Notes: generated from the sequence alone by a model not told the origin. 64,000 bases of DNA from Octopus sinensis (GCF_006345805.1 NC_043004.1:27404001-27468000); one strand, 5' to 3'; shown: positions 11,585-23,909, counted from the stretch's first letter. Made by a program: numbers and translations.

Positions 11585-12360
11585 ATATTCGATAAAGGCA
11601 CAGGCATGGCTGTGTGGTAAGGAGCTCACTGCATGGCACCTTGGGCAAGTATATTCTACTATAACCTCAGACTGACTATAGCCTCAGAAATGGAATTGGT
11701 TGAAGGAAACTGAAAGCAGCCCATCATATTGGAAGCACTCCGTCGGTTACGATGACGAGGGTTCCGGTTGATCCGTATCAACGGAACAGCCTGCTCGTGA
11801 AATTAACGTGTAAGTGGCTGAGCACTCCACAGACACGTGTACCCTTAACATAGTTCTCGGGAATATTCAGCGTGACACAGAGAGTGACAAGGCCGGCCCT
11901 TTGAAATACAGGTACAACAGAAACAGGAAGTAAGAGTGAGAGAAAGTTGTGGTGAAAGACTACAGCAGGGATCACCACCATCCCCTGCTGGAGCCTCGTG
12001 GAGCTTTAGGTGTTTTTGCTCAATAAACACTCACAACGCCCGGTCTGGGAATCGAAACCGCGATCCTATGACCGCGAGTCCGCTGCCCTAACCACTGGGC
12101 CATTGCGCCCATCATATATATATATATTATATATATAGCACAGTGTCTCTGTGTTTGTCCCCCCATCACTGCTTGACAACCAGCGTTGATGTATTAACAT
12201 CCCTGTAATTTAGCGGTTTGGCAAAAGAGACTGCTATCAGGCTCCAAAAAATGGATAAGTACTGGGGCCAATTCATTCGACTAAAAATTCTTCAAAGTGG
12301 TGTTCCAGCATGGCCACAGTTTAGTGACCGAAACAAGTAAAAGATGAAAGATAAAAAGAT
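11585..12360 (+). mobile_element. Older SINE (TAAAAGA-tail family) split by a nested SINE
   Basis: 11585-11729 matches the head and 12118-12360 the body and tail of the 48240-48657 family. Confidence 0.75.
11730..12106 (-). mobile_element. Young CpG-rich tRNA-derived SINE with 11-bp TSD
   Basis: TSD gcccatcatat at 11719-11729 and 12107-12117; A-box tggcccagtgg and B-box ggtttcgattcc; 3' part shared with 62350-62470. Confidence 0.88.
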
Positions 12361-13139
12361 ACATGTTAATGACATAAAAGATCATAATTCAATTTAAAAA
12401 TAGAAAAAATTTTAAGATTCAAATCAAAATCTTAATTTTTCATCAAAAAACAAAAGAAAACAGAAAAAAAATAGATTAGTTCAATTAACACAGTTTAATT
12501 CTGCTTTCAATTCTGCTTAATTAGAACATTTTGTGCTATGATTTTTAGCAAATTGTTTGATTTTAAATTTTGTGTTAGAACAGATATGGTTGTATTGTGG
12601 TAGAGATGTAAATATTCATATATATTTTGTTGTTTAATAAATTACATGAAGTGTTAATTAGTTATTCATTAGAAATGAATATATAATCAGCATTATTAAA
12701 TGACAAAATCTGTATAACAGATTGTCAGAAATAGGTAGAAAAATATCTCAGTAACTTGTGGTTGTTTAATTTCAGATTTGCTCTGAGCAAAACAAGACTT
12801 ATAATCAAAGGGTGCAACAAAGATGATTAGTCAATCTTTTCATACCTTCATAACTATACTGTCCAGTTCATCAATTGATGGTTAAAAGAATATTGAGTGA
12901 GGTTTAAGACATGTTTAGCTACTATTTCTAACAGGTCTAATTGCTATGTAGTGTAATACAGAGGAAGTCATCCCACTATAGTCTCTATTGACTCCCACTA
13001 CAGTCTCTAAAGCCATCCCACTGGAATCTTTATTGGCTGATAAATCAAGTGATTGTTCAGTTTGGGCAAAAAATTAATCAACAAAACCCCTGCCATTAAA
13101 TTGTGTTAAGTCACAGAAATGGCAAAGTCATTTAGTGGA

Positions 13140-13520
13140 AGAATAGTAGAGATAGTAGAGATGGTAGACTGGTAGAATGTTATACATATTGGTAGATGTG
13201 ACAGAGCAACAGAGAATGTATGGTGGTGGAATGATAGATGGTAAAGAATTATAGGGATAGAAGAGATAGTAAAGATGGCAGAGTGGAAGAGATGGTATGG
13301 TGGTAGAATGAGAGAATGGCAGATATAATAGAATAGTTAATATGGTGGAATGGTTGAGTGATAGAGAGGGGAGTGATGGTTGATTGGTAGAGATGGTAAA
13401 GTAATAGAAGAGCAGGGTAGCAGAATGGTAGGCTGGTAGAATGATAGAGGGTAGAGGTGATAGAGTACTACCAGGGTAGAGATGGTAAAATGGTTGTAAG
13501 ATAATATGGTAGAGGGGTAG
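13140..13520. repeat. Degenerate purine-rich (GATGGTAGA-like) minisatellite
   Basis: Recurrent atggtaga/gatagt units. Confidence 0.75.
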
Positions 13521-13804
13521 AACTAAAAGTGTTGTCGTATTTAGTTATATCTCTTTTAGTTGTGAGTCTAAATCTTACCACATCTAACTAGCTTTAATTA
13601 TTTTCCTGTCCAAAAAAATACATATTAGTCATCTGCTTGTTTTAGTAATTATTGTGTAGCTCTAGTTCAAGTAAATAGCTGTACAAAACCACTCTAAACA
13701 TGGTTGTGTCATCTTTTATCCAAATAGTGGAAATCTGAGACTACGTTATACTGTATATCTATCCATAAGGTAAGATTTAGCTATAATCTATTTCAGAGGA
13801 TGCA

Positions 13805-14155
13805 GTTGTTGTTATTGGTGGTGGTGGTGGTGGTGGTGGTGGTGGTGGGTATGGTGGTTTTATAATTGCAATGAAGTTGTTAAAGGTTGTGGTGGTGTTT
13901 ATGCTTATGGGAGGGGTTACAGTCATGATGGTGGTGGCTATAGTTGTGATGAAAGTGATGGTGGTAGTTGTGGTGGTGGTGGTTGTGATGAGGATGCTGG
14001 TTGTGATGAAGGTTGTGGCAGTGTAAGTGATGACTGGTAATTGTGCTCATGGTAGTGGTTGCAGTTGTGATAGAGGCAGTAGTAATGGTAGTGGTAGTTT
14101 TGTTGTTACTGTTGTTGTTGTTGTTGTTGTTGTTGTTGCTAGTGGTGGTGGTCAC
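13805..14155. repeat. (GGT)n/(GTT)n triplet low-complexity tract
   Basis: Directly visible. Confidence 0.92.
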
Positions 14156-14864
14156 TTAAACATTTCTGTCTAAGAGTTAAAATTATTAATTAATGTCCAA
14201 ATTAATAAAATCAAGAATACCAAACTACTATGCAGTATTTATTTTAGCAGTTTGCATTCTAAGTTCAAATCTTGCTAAAGTCATTTTCACTATTCAACCT
14301 CTCTGAGGTCGATAAATAAAGTACTAATCAAAATGATGGAACAGAAGAAATATTAAGCTATTGGGTGAGCTACCTTGTGGTATTTGTTCCAGTTGTTTGC
14401 GTTCTGATTTCATCATCCCGCCTTGACTTATTTGGGTGGTAGGCTTAATCCATCTCTCAGTTTAACACCACTACCTGATACCATGGGTGAATTTAGTGTT
14501 GCAAGTGATTGAGGCAGGTCTCTGGTTTGAGGATACCTCTTTCCCACCCACACACAAATCTTAGTGTCTGCTTTTCAGCCCTGGCTAAAAAAAAAAAGAA
14601 ATCTTTAATATGATCCTTACAGAATGTAAGGGAAACCAGCATCAAGATTATTCTGAAATCAAATTTCAATAAATATTCTTGTTATAAAAGTTTGTACTTT
14701 GTCTTGGAGTGGAATGGTTTGGATAGAGTTCAAGGATACCCATCGCTACGCTGCCAGTAAATGTATCTGTTAATCATGCGCCTAACTTCTTTTAATAGCA
14801 GACTGTTAGGCAGTGAAAGTTTCATTAGTTACTTTGGTGACAACACTCTATCTATCTTTTGCAC

Positions 14865-15520
14865 TCTCTCTCTCTCTTTCTCACTGAATTTTTCTCTTAA
14901 CAATAACAATAACCTGTTATTAAAGGGAAAGTCTGTTTTTAAAGTATGCGTTGTGTTGTCTCTAAAGACACAGAAACACACACATTGTTGCACTTGTGGA
15001 GATGGTAGCAAATATTTTTTGCTATTTGACACCACCACCAACACCACCACCACCAACACCACTGGCACCAGCATATTCTTCACCAACACCTCGATCACCA
15101 CTGTTATGCTCCTCACCAGCACAGACACCACAGTCATGTTTATTACTATCACCACCACCAACAGACTATCATCATTGCCTTTCTCTCTCTCTCTCTTCTC
15201 ACTGAATTTTTCTCTCAGCAATAACAATAACCTGTTATTAAAGGGAAAGTCTGTTTTTAAAGTATGCGTTGTGTTGTCTCTAAAGACACAGAAACACACA
15301 CATTGTTGCACTTGTGGAGATGGTAGCAAATATTTTTTGCTATTTGACACCACCACCAACACCACCACCACCAACACCACTGGCACCAGCATATCCTTCA
15401 CCAACACCTCAATCACCACTGTTATGCTCCTCACCAGCACAGACACCACAGTCATGTTTATTACTATCACCACCACCAACAGACTATCATCATTGCCTTT
15501 CTCTCTCTCTCTCTTTCTCT
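14865..15520. repeat. Recent 318-bp tandem duplication bounded by (CT)n tracts
   Basis: Period 318 (e.g. 14996 vs 15314); only a handful of differences between the copies. Confidence 0.95.
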
Positions 15521-16307
15521 TCATCCCACCTCAGTCACAAAATATTGGTTACTACAGCAAAACTCATCCCCTTATTCTTCCTCCCTCTCGCTGCCAGAAA
15601 TGAAGTAGTCCTCTTCTTTCAGTAATATTTCCACATGTAGATTTATTGATATGCGTGTGCATGTTTTTGTGTTCATGTATGTGTGAAAATACGTGCATGC
15701 ATGTGCATGTGTGTTCATGTAGGTGAATGTGTGCAAACATATACACGGTTCATATAACAACATATATAAAATCACATATGTACGTAATGTAGCTTTCACT
15801 TATATGAAAGTACTTACAATCTCACAAAGATCTATGAGAAAGCACACGTAGGCAGTTTCATACCTACATTCATATACATACATGAACAAATATAGGTGTG
15901 TGTACATATACCCTCTTCCATAAAAACACATGAACAAAATATAAGTGTGCGTGTGTGTGTGCGAGTATGTCTGTGCATGTGTGTGATCATGTATTGTACA
16001 CATTTGTGAGTGTGTGTTTGCACGTGTGTGTACATATATGATATGGATGTAACTGTGCATATCTATGCATGTGTATGTATGTATGTGTGCATGAATGTTT
16101 CCACATGTAGACATATGCTTTGTATTGTATGCTTATGTGTGTTTATGGTTGTCTGTCCACATGCATCTATATGTCTGTGTGCTCATATGTATTGTGCATG
16201 TGTATTTAGATGTGTGAGTGTTGGGGTGTGCCAATGGAAATATATGAGCTATCCCAGTTATTTGTTGCTGACTGTATATCGCATATGCATCTGTAGTGGG
16301 CGAGAGT

Positions 16308-16309
16308 TG

Positions 16310-16354
<45 letters not shown>

Positions 16355-16815
16355 TCTCTCTCTCACTCTCTCACTCTCGCCCTCTTTCTCTCTCTCTCTC
16401 GCTCTCTCTCATCCATCATTTGGGGGATGGAGGAATGGAAGAACCTGAGAACTGTTTGGGAGACTGCAGGGGAATGGACATCATTTGCCACTCTGGTGGT
16501 TACACACGGAAAGGAAAGGCAAGCAGTGAATAATGGAGGTTAGGGAGGGTGGGGGGTGGCAACACTGGTGGTAGTAATAATGCTATTGCTGCTGCTGCTG
16601 CTGCAGCTACTGTTGCTAGTGCTGCTGTTGATGATGAGGAGGAGGAGGAGGGGAGGAGGAAGAAGAAAGAAAGAAAGAAAGAAGAAGAAGAAGAAGAAGA
16701 AGAAGAAGAAGAAGAAGAAGAAGAAGAAGAAGAAGAAAAAGAAGAAGAAGAAGAAGAAGAAGAAGAGAAGAAGAAGAAGAAGAAGAAGAAGAAGAAGAAA
16801 GAAGAAGAAGAAGAA
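16308..16815. repeat. (CT)n, (GCT)n, (GAG)n and long (GAA)n microsatellites
   Basis: Directly visible; (GAA)n at about 16660-16815. Confidence 0.97.
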
Positions 16816-17259
16816 GGCTTAATGCTAGCTTGCCTGATTTCCTTACACATTCCTCATTGTCATTGTTGTGGTGTTTCTGTGTTGCTTTCTATAGTTATTT
16901 TTTTAGCCCCAGACCAATCATGATCTAAAGGCATTCCAGCCATGACCATATCATATCTTAATAAAACATATCTTATTGAATACCCTGCTTATGTCTTTTA
17001 TTCAATTTCAAAAATGATCAGGAACTCAATTCTATTTACCCAGTGTTCCATTAATTACTCTTATTAATCTGGTATTTGAAGCATAAAGATGGGGTTAGGA
17101 TTAGCAGAATCATCAGAGCATTGAACAAACCACTTGGTGATATTTATTCCAGCTCTCCACATCCTGAGTTCAATTCCTGCTAAGGTCAACTTTGCTCCAA
17201 ATCTTCTTGGTGGGGTGGGTCAATGAAATAAAAGTACCTGTCTATGGTGAGGGATTGTT

Positions 17260-17970
17260 AAAGCACTGGTTTAAAATCCCTTCTGCTAATAATCCAGTTC
17301 TCATCTGCAATGACACTCATATCAAGATATTCCTTTTGTCCTAACACATTGGGTAATGTATTTCTAGATACACTATGACTGAAAAAAACACAGTGGTTAA
17401 GTTTGGAATGAATTGAAGAACAGCAATATTAACCACACCTCCCCCAAATCACAATTTAATAACTTAAACAGAAAGGATGGTCACTCATGGAATGTCTTTG
17501 ATCAAAGGTCTTGATTAACTAAAACTGAGTTAGGGTTCAACAAGAACTGGAGAGAGTTTTGTGTTTCAAAACCAGCTAGAAATAACAGCTGTTTCTCCTT
17601 CAAATCATAGTCTTATGCTTGTGAGCAAAAAGAACATATTGAATTATTTAATCTTAAGTAGACTGTGTCTGAAAGAAAAAGACAGATTGGTCACTGCTGG
17701 AATGTCTTGATCCTAGGTCATGTTTAATCAAGGCTGACCTGAGGGCTAAACAACAACAACTAGTTATTTCTTGACCTGTTAGAAATAACCAAATCTCTCT
17801 CAATTCCCTCCTCCCCCTTTCTCTCATTTAAATTTCACCCACACACTTTAGAAAAGAGAAAGGATATCTCAGATACACTGTCTGAATAACAAGAGCTGAT
17901 GGTTATGGATGGAATATATTTGATCCTTGATTTGTAGGAATAGAGCTGAGTAAGGAGTAAATAACAATTC
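17260..17970 (+). repeat. Old tandem array of 3-4 degenerate ~190-bp units
   Basis: Recurrent tagaaataac...caaatc...gtctgaa...gatggtca...ggaatgtcttgatc...gctga skeleton; partial copy near 18830-18930. Confidence 0.55.
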
Positions 17971-19047
17971 ATTAATTGATTCCATATTTTCAAGTGTTTA
18001 CACCAATCCTCTGTGTTCAGATATTTCTTGTTGATGTGTATTTATTACAATACTTTCCTAGCATTGTGAGCAAAATGTTATTAGAATTACCTGTTAATTG
18101 TTAATGAACAATCATAAAAGAATGTTGCTCAACTCAGCTGCACCTGAAATCACCTTGTCAAGTTACTAATTTTCCAATAACGTTATATTTTGTCAAACCA
18201 AAATACCACAAGGTATTATCAACCATGGCAAACTTTAGCCTCATTTATCTTGGAAATTAATTAGCATTCTGTTAATCAGTTATTGAAGTTATTGATGCTG
18301 TTGCTTGGACATCCATACTTTACACCACCATCTGAAAAAAAAAAATGGATGAATAATACCCTAAATAAGTTAGTGGTGAATAAATAAGAAAAGATGGGGA
18401 AAGTCATCAATGGGGAGGTGGTCAAATGATTAAGATTTGATTCACAGAAATGATTAAAGAACAACCAATAATTATTACATGATTATGTGATGATTGTTTG
18501 AAACAGATAACACCTTTCACTTGCAATAGTTTTTGTTTCTCTTTTGTTTTATTTTTCTTGTATGTCTACTGAAGTCATTAAAATAAAGAATAAAAAACAG
18601 CAAAAAGGAAAGCAAAAGTGCTTGTGTTTGTATTGTTTCTGTTGCTGTTGTGTTAAAGAGTGTCTTTAAGAAAGCAATGCAAAATGGTATTAGAAAGAAA
18701 ACTGGAACACTCCTGTCACACAGTTGTTATTAACAACAGATTCACTTTAACAGAAAATACTTTCTCATTTTCTAATTAATGATGAAGCACCACAAACTTT
18801 TACAATTAAAAGGTAGAACACATTTAATAATGTAGTATTCTATACAGAAGGGATGGTCAAGGCTAGAAAGACTCCTATCATAGGCCTACACAGTCATAGC
18901 TTGACTTGGGGTCAAATACAAACAGTAACAGCTTCTGTACCTTCTCAGTTTCCTAATTCCTAACATCTTGTGGCTAGATTTCTCCTAAAATGTGTAGCAG
19001 AAACCACTACAACATCATTTAGAAGCTACAGCAATATAACAACAATG

Positions 19048-19080
<33 letters not shown>

Positions 19081-19085
<5 letters not shown>

Positions 19086-19232
19086 TCATCATCATCATCA
19101 TTTAGCGTCCGCTTTCCATGCTAGCATGGGTTGGACGGTTCAACTGGGGTCTGTGAAGCCAGAAGGCTGCATCAGGCCCAGTTTGATTTGGCAGTGTTTC
19201 TACGGCTGGATGCCCTTCCTAACACCGAACAG
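19081..19232 (-). mobile_element. RTE LINE extreme 3' end in a (TA)n tract
   Basis: (CAT)n followed by ttagcgtccgctttccatgctagcatggg; matches 59040-59190. Confidence 0.85.
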
Positions 19233-19416
19233 TAAGTGGACATTCATTATGCTAGATGTCTTCTAGCATAATGGATGTCCACTTAGTGGTCATTCCCTCT
19301 TATATGCATGTAATTTTAATTTTTCTGAATCTTCAGATTTTTCTATATGCTAGACCACTGGTTTTAAATTGATATTAATCAAATTAATATTCAATTTTTC
19401 ACCCTTATTATTTTAA

Positions 19417-19453
<37 letters not shown>

Positions 19454-19780
19454 CATTCATAAATGAGGGTGAAAAATTAGATATTAATTTAATAATACCA
19501 TCAGTTTAACACCAAGTGGCCTAGCACATAAAAACCAGGGAGACAATACAAATTTATACGTAAATATAAGAGAGTTACCGTTAAGTGGTTAACTCTAGTG
19601 CTAGAAATAGCTCCTTATTCTGGTATAGCCACCGAAGTTGTTTCCACAAAAGAAATAGCATTACCCTCAACATAAGGAAAGTGAAATACAACAAAAAGAT
19701 AGATTAATGCTGAACAATTGTTTCTTTATCAATATAATATGCAATTATACTCACATATTTATCTATAAGTCATCAGCAGC

Positions 19781-19842
<62 letters not shown>

Positions 19843-19855
19843 TAGAGAGAGAGAG

Positions 19856-19897
<42 letters not shown>

Positions 19898-21429
19898 ACA
19901 TGCAGGCAGACAGACAGACAGACAGGCAGACAGACAGACAGACAGACAGATGGCAATTCATCATGACCAAAGACCATGATGGCAGTTTATCATGTCCAAA
20001 GACCATGAAAAACAAAGGCCAGCTGCTTACATGTGGAGTTCAGAATATGACTGCAGGCACCATCCAATATTTGTCATTTTCATTACTTCTTTATTAATGA
20101 AAGGTTTGCCTTCCCACCTACACTTGGTGTATTTAAAGCAAGAATCAGTTTTAAAATCTGATCCCACTTTTTAGATTTCAATGTTTGACCATGGTTGCTC
20201 AGCAGGCTAAGATGGGGTTTAATGACCAGCAAGCTGGCCATACATACATAAATGATGGCTGCCCCCTTGTTATCGAGTATGGCCATTGCACGAAGCTTAA
20301 CTGTTATTGGTGCTGTGATCGAATGTGACTTTTATTTGCTTTTTAAGGCTACAGCCAGCCATTCAGTTGAGACTCACAGCACCATCAACAATCATGAACA
20401 ATGCTGTTATCATGCGATGCCTGTGCAAGAAGATTTCTTTTAAAGTGAGGAAAGGCTGTGCACTGAGTCAATCCCACTCACTAAGCAACAGCAGCTATAA
20501 CCCGAAAAGAAGAACAAGTCAACATCATCGGTAACCACTGAGCCGCAGGTTTTATGTCAGAGTTATCCCAGTTACCTGAGTTACCTTCTTCTAGAAGGAT
20601 GCCCTAACAAAGGCTAGGAGTCCTTCACTCCGAATGGTTTAACTGCGCGATCGGGTATTCAGTCCGATTATTTCTATGTCCCCACGCATGACACAGCCTT
20701 AAGCCTTAAGAAAAAGAAAATTACACATTTATTGAATGGCCGTTGACTCTCAAGAGTTCCTCTGCCCTTTGACGGGTTTTGTTTTTCATCACGCAAGGTG
20801 TCCGACCATGCAACAGGTTGTACTGGGTTACATGTTACCAGTAGCCCTCAGAGGTGACCTGACATAAACATACATACATACATACATACATACATACATA
20901 AGATTCATATGCATACATATGCATACACATATGCATAAATTTAGGCGTATACACATACACACATATGACACTCACACACATACATGCACACACACATATA
21001 TACCCACACACACATATAGTCTGGTGAACGTTTGTGTTTACAAGTAATGAAAAAGTACTCAATTCATAATCAACAGTTTATATATTTTATGAGAAATTAA
21101 AATTTTGTGAATTCTTATTCTGTCAATTTAAATAATTCAAAAAGAGATCTTGTGTAAACAATATAAGAGCAAAAATATTCATAAGCTCATCAAAATATGA
21201 TAAGTCATCAAGAGTTGATGGGTTGCCAAATAACTTTAGAAAATTAACCAGCTATTTGATTGACATATGTGGGACTCATGATATATTCAGCTATTCCTAT
21301 GCACAAACACAATTTTCATGTCTCAGTATCATATGTGTAAAATATACAAAACTGTGCAAAATGGTTTTTATTAATTCAATTTTAGTGTTTATGAATAACT
21401 GAATGGTTTTCTTTTTGAGACATGACTTT

Positions 21430-21750
21430 ATTTCAGTTTACAAATCTGTTTTGTGAGAAATAAATTATTGTAGCTAGACTGCCAACAGCTTTTTAATATT
21501 CTCCCAAAGAGCCTGAGGAACCTGCACAAAGTAGATGTAGGTGTTTTTAAATCAAAGCTGGACCTCTTCCTGTCAAGAGTCCCAGATGAACCTACCTCAC
21601 AGCAAGAGGTGCAAATGAGGGTAGCTACATCAAACTTCATTCTTTACCAAGTGCCACATATTAGAGGAGGCTCTCAATAATAACAGCTTAGCAAAACGGC
21701 TGTGCATCAGCATGGTTGCAGCTCTGAGCTAAAACTAGAGTAAAAAAAAA
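21430..21750 (+). mobile_element. CR1/L2-group LINE 3' end
   Basis: Translation FNILPKSLRNLHKVDVGVFKSKLDLFLSRVPDEP resembles CR1-group RT C-termini; short A-rich end at about 21742-21750. Confidence 0.6.
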
Positions 21751-21759
21751 TAGTAACGA

Positions 21760-22560
21760 AGCTAAAGCATACAGAGTGAAGCTGCTTTGCACAAATTGAC
21801 CTTGAACTCTGCTGTGCATGAGCACTAAGTTTTAACATTCTAGCTCACTTCTGCTGTTTACAACAGTGCTGGAAAGGAATGTGTGTAGTGTGTGATCATT
21901 GCAAGCTTGGTGATACCTGCTCAGAGACCTGTGCAAAGTTGCAGAAAGTGTATGAATTGAAAAAATGTAGATATCAACGAACGTTGCATGACCATACAGG
22001 CAAGAGAACTGAGAAAAACATCGTAGATGTGCATGCAGCTGTGAGGGGAAATTGTCGAATCACCATCTTTGAGTTACCAGAAGATGTGCAGATTAGTTAT
22101 GGTTCAGTTCAGTCCATCATTATTGAAGATTTAGGTATGAGATGCGTGTCTTCAAAGTTTGTGCCAAAACTGCTTTCAGCTGACTATGCACCTACCCGTT
22201 CAGTGCAGCTTGTGCAGCAATTTCTGGCAAGGCACAGCATTACTCAGAGCCAACAGCCACTGTATTCCCCAGATCTCACCCCTTGCAGCTTTTTCCTCTT
22301 TCCAAAAATCAAATCCCACTTGAAAGGAAGAAGATTTCAGGATGTTGAGGAAATCAAAGTGATTGCAACAAGGCAGCTGTTGATTATCCCAGAAAACAAA
22401 TTCCAGGAATGCTTCCATCAATGCAAACAGTGCTGGATTAAGTGTGTGGCTTCCAAAGAGGACTACTTTGAAGGAGATGAAATGCCAAATTGGTACTGAA
22501 GTTTTGTTTTGTTTTTACAGCACAAGTCCAGATACTTATTGATTGGCTAGGTAACCTTGT
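21760..22560 (+). mobile_element. Internally deleted mariner transposon
   Basis: ORF 21879-22499 has RCVSSKFVPKLL (WVPH-like) and YSPDLTPCSFFLFPKIK motifs plus EDYFEGD, but lacks the catalytic core; 5' region homologous to the reverse complement of 43150-43300. Confidence 0.88.
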
Positions 22561-22569
22561 ATTTCCTCT

Positions 22570-23175
22570 GGCCAGGTAATTTTTCACTTCCTCTACAGCA
22601 AGACACCTGTATTTGTGTCACTGTAACCTTTCCCTCACACAACACAAAATCACCTCTTGATGTAAAAGATGGGCTACATCAAATATTCTGCTCAATACTA
22701 CAGATTTGCTTGTCATTTGTTTGACATTAACCAGTTGAGCATCTCTCTTAGTTGTTGATGATATGTGTGCTTCTGATCATGTATTGAGTGGAATTGGGGT
22801 TTGAATTGGGGTGTTTCGTTCATCCTTAAATAAACCTTATTCAGGGACCCTTTGAGCAGAAAGGGCTGCTCCACTTGAAGAAAGTTCTAACTGGACTCCC
22901 ATCTGTAAGGTCATGCACTGTTTATCTTGATATAAAATTACCATGTCACACCCATATGGTTGTGATGCATGTATCTGGTGTAACCTTATCAGATGGGTAG
23001 TCATCAACAACTAAGAAAGATGCTCAACTGGTTAATGTCAAACAAATGACAAGCAAATCTGTAGTATTGAGCAGAATATTTCATGTAGGCCATCTTTTAC
23101 ATCAAGACAAATGATGTACATGTTAATGGTGTTAACACTTCCAATCAGAGAGCCACTGCCTGGTATTGCATCAGG
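22570..23175. mobile_element. SINE-like repeat containing a 107-bp inverted duplication
   Basis: 22655-22761 pairs with 23001-23107 (3 mismatches); SINE assignment is from recall of octopus repeats and is uncertain. Confidence 0.55.
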
Positions 23176-23278
23176 GCATATTATCATCATTGTTATCAAA
23201 ACACTGGGGCTGTTGTAATTGACTATCCCTGTCCCCCAAAATTTCAGGTTTTGTGTCTTTAATAGAATGGATTATCAA

Positions 23279-23495
23279 AGGCGGCGAGCTGGCAGAATTG
23301 TTAGCATGCCAGGCGAAATACTTAGTGGTATTTCGTCTGCCGCTGAACTTGTTGACTTTGCCTTTCATCCTTTCGGGATCGATTAAATAAGTACCAGTTA
23401 TGCACTGGGGTCGATGTAATCGACTTAATACCTATGTCTGTCCTTGTTTGTCCCCTCTATGTTTAGCCCCTTGTGGGTAATAAAGAAATAGGATT
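23279..23495 (+). mobile_element. tRNA-derived SINE, possibly with a Meta-type central domain
   Basis: ggcggcgagctggcagaa head and gcctttcatcctttcgggatcgattaaataagtaccag core; core assignment is from memory. Confidence 0.65.
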
Positions 23496-23905
23496 ATCAA
23501 TGGGGTTAAAGTGTCCCCATGGAAGATTTCTCTCCTAATTTTCACTTCTACCAATCCATGATTCCCAGCTGTCAATTCAGTTCTCCAATATTTCCTTCTG
23601 TTCCATATTAGGCTTCTTGTGTTTTCTGAAACTCCACACATTTCCATAGTTCTTGTTATCCATGAGTGTGGTATCATATTATATGCGTCACAATAATCAA
23701 TCCATGCCAGGCTCAGATTTGTGTGCCTCTCTGATGATTAGCTTATTAATTAATAGCTGATTTTTCATTCCTTGGCCCCTTTTTTAATATTCTTTCTGTT
23801 TGATTAGTAGCTGCCCACTTTTTCTTAGGTGTCCATACAACTCACCTCCCAAAATAATTGCCAGCAGTTTCCACATTAGCAGAAATCATGTTATCGGTTG
23901 GAAGT
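23495..23905 (-). mobile_element. R4/Dong LINE RT fragment (downstream part)
   Basis: NFQPIT*FLLMWKLL...AWIDY...MIPHSWI...VKIRREIFHGDTLTPL on the minus strand. Confidence 0.85.
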
Positions 23906-23909
23906 TCGA

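Noticed and set aside
16500-16923. Poly-E/K/R and poly-S/F ORFs
   Set aside because: These are translations of (GAA)n/(GAG)n microsatellites with no flanking coding signature.
18276-18332. Minus-strand terminal exon DGGVKYGCPSNSINNFNN* after a strong T-run acceptor
   Set aside because: It is a short unrecognised peptide with no compatible upstream exon found; poly-T plus CAG is common by chance.
20100-20830. Possible RTE 5' UTR with an HDV-like ribozyme (hairpin actct-tg-agagt near 20745-20760)
   Set aside because: The resemblance is from memory only; I could not complete P1/P3/L3 on either strand or find an adjoining endonuclease ORF.
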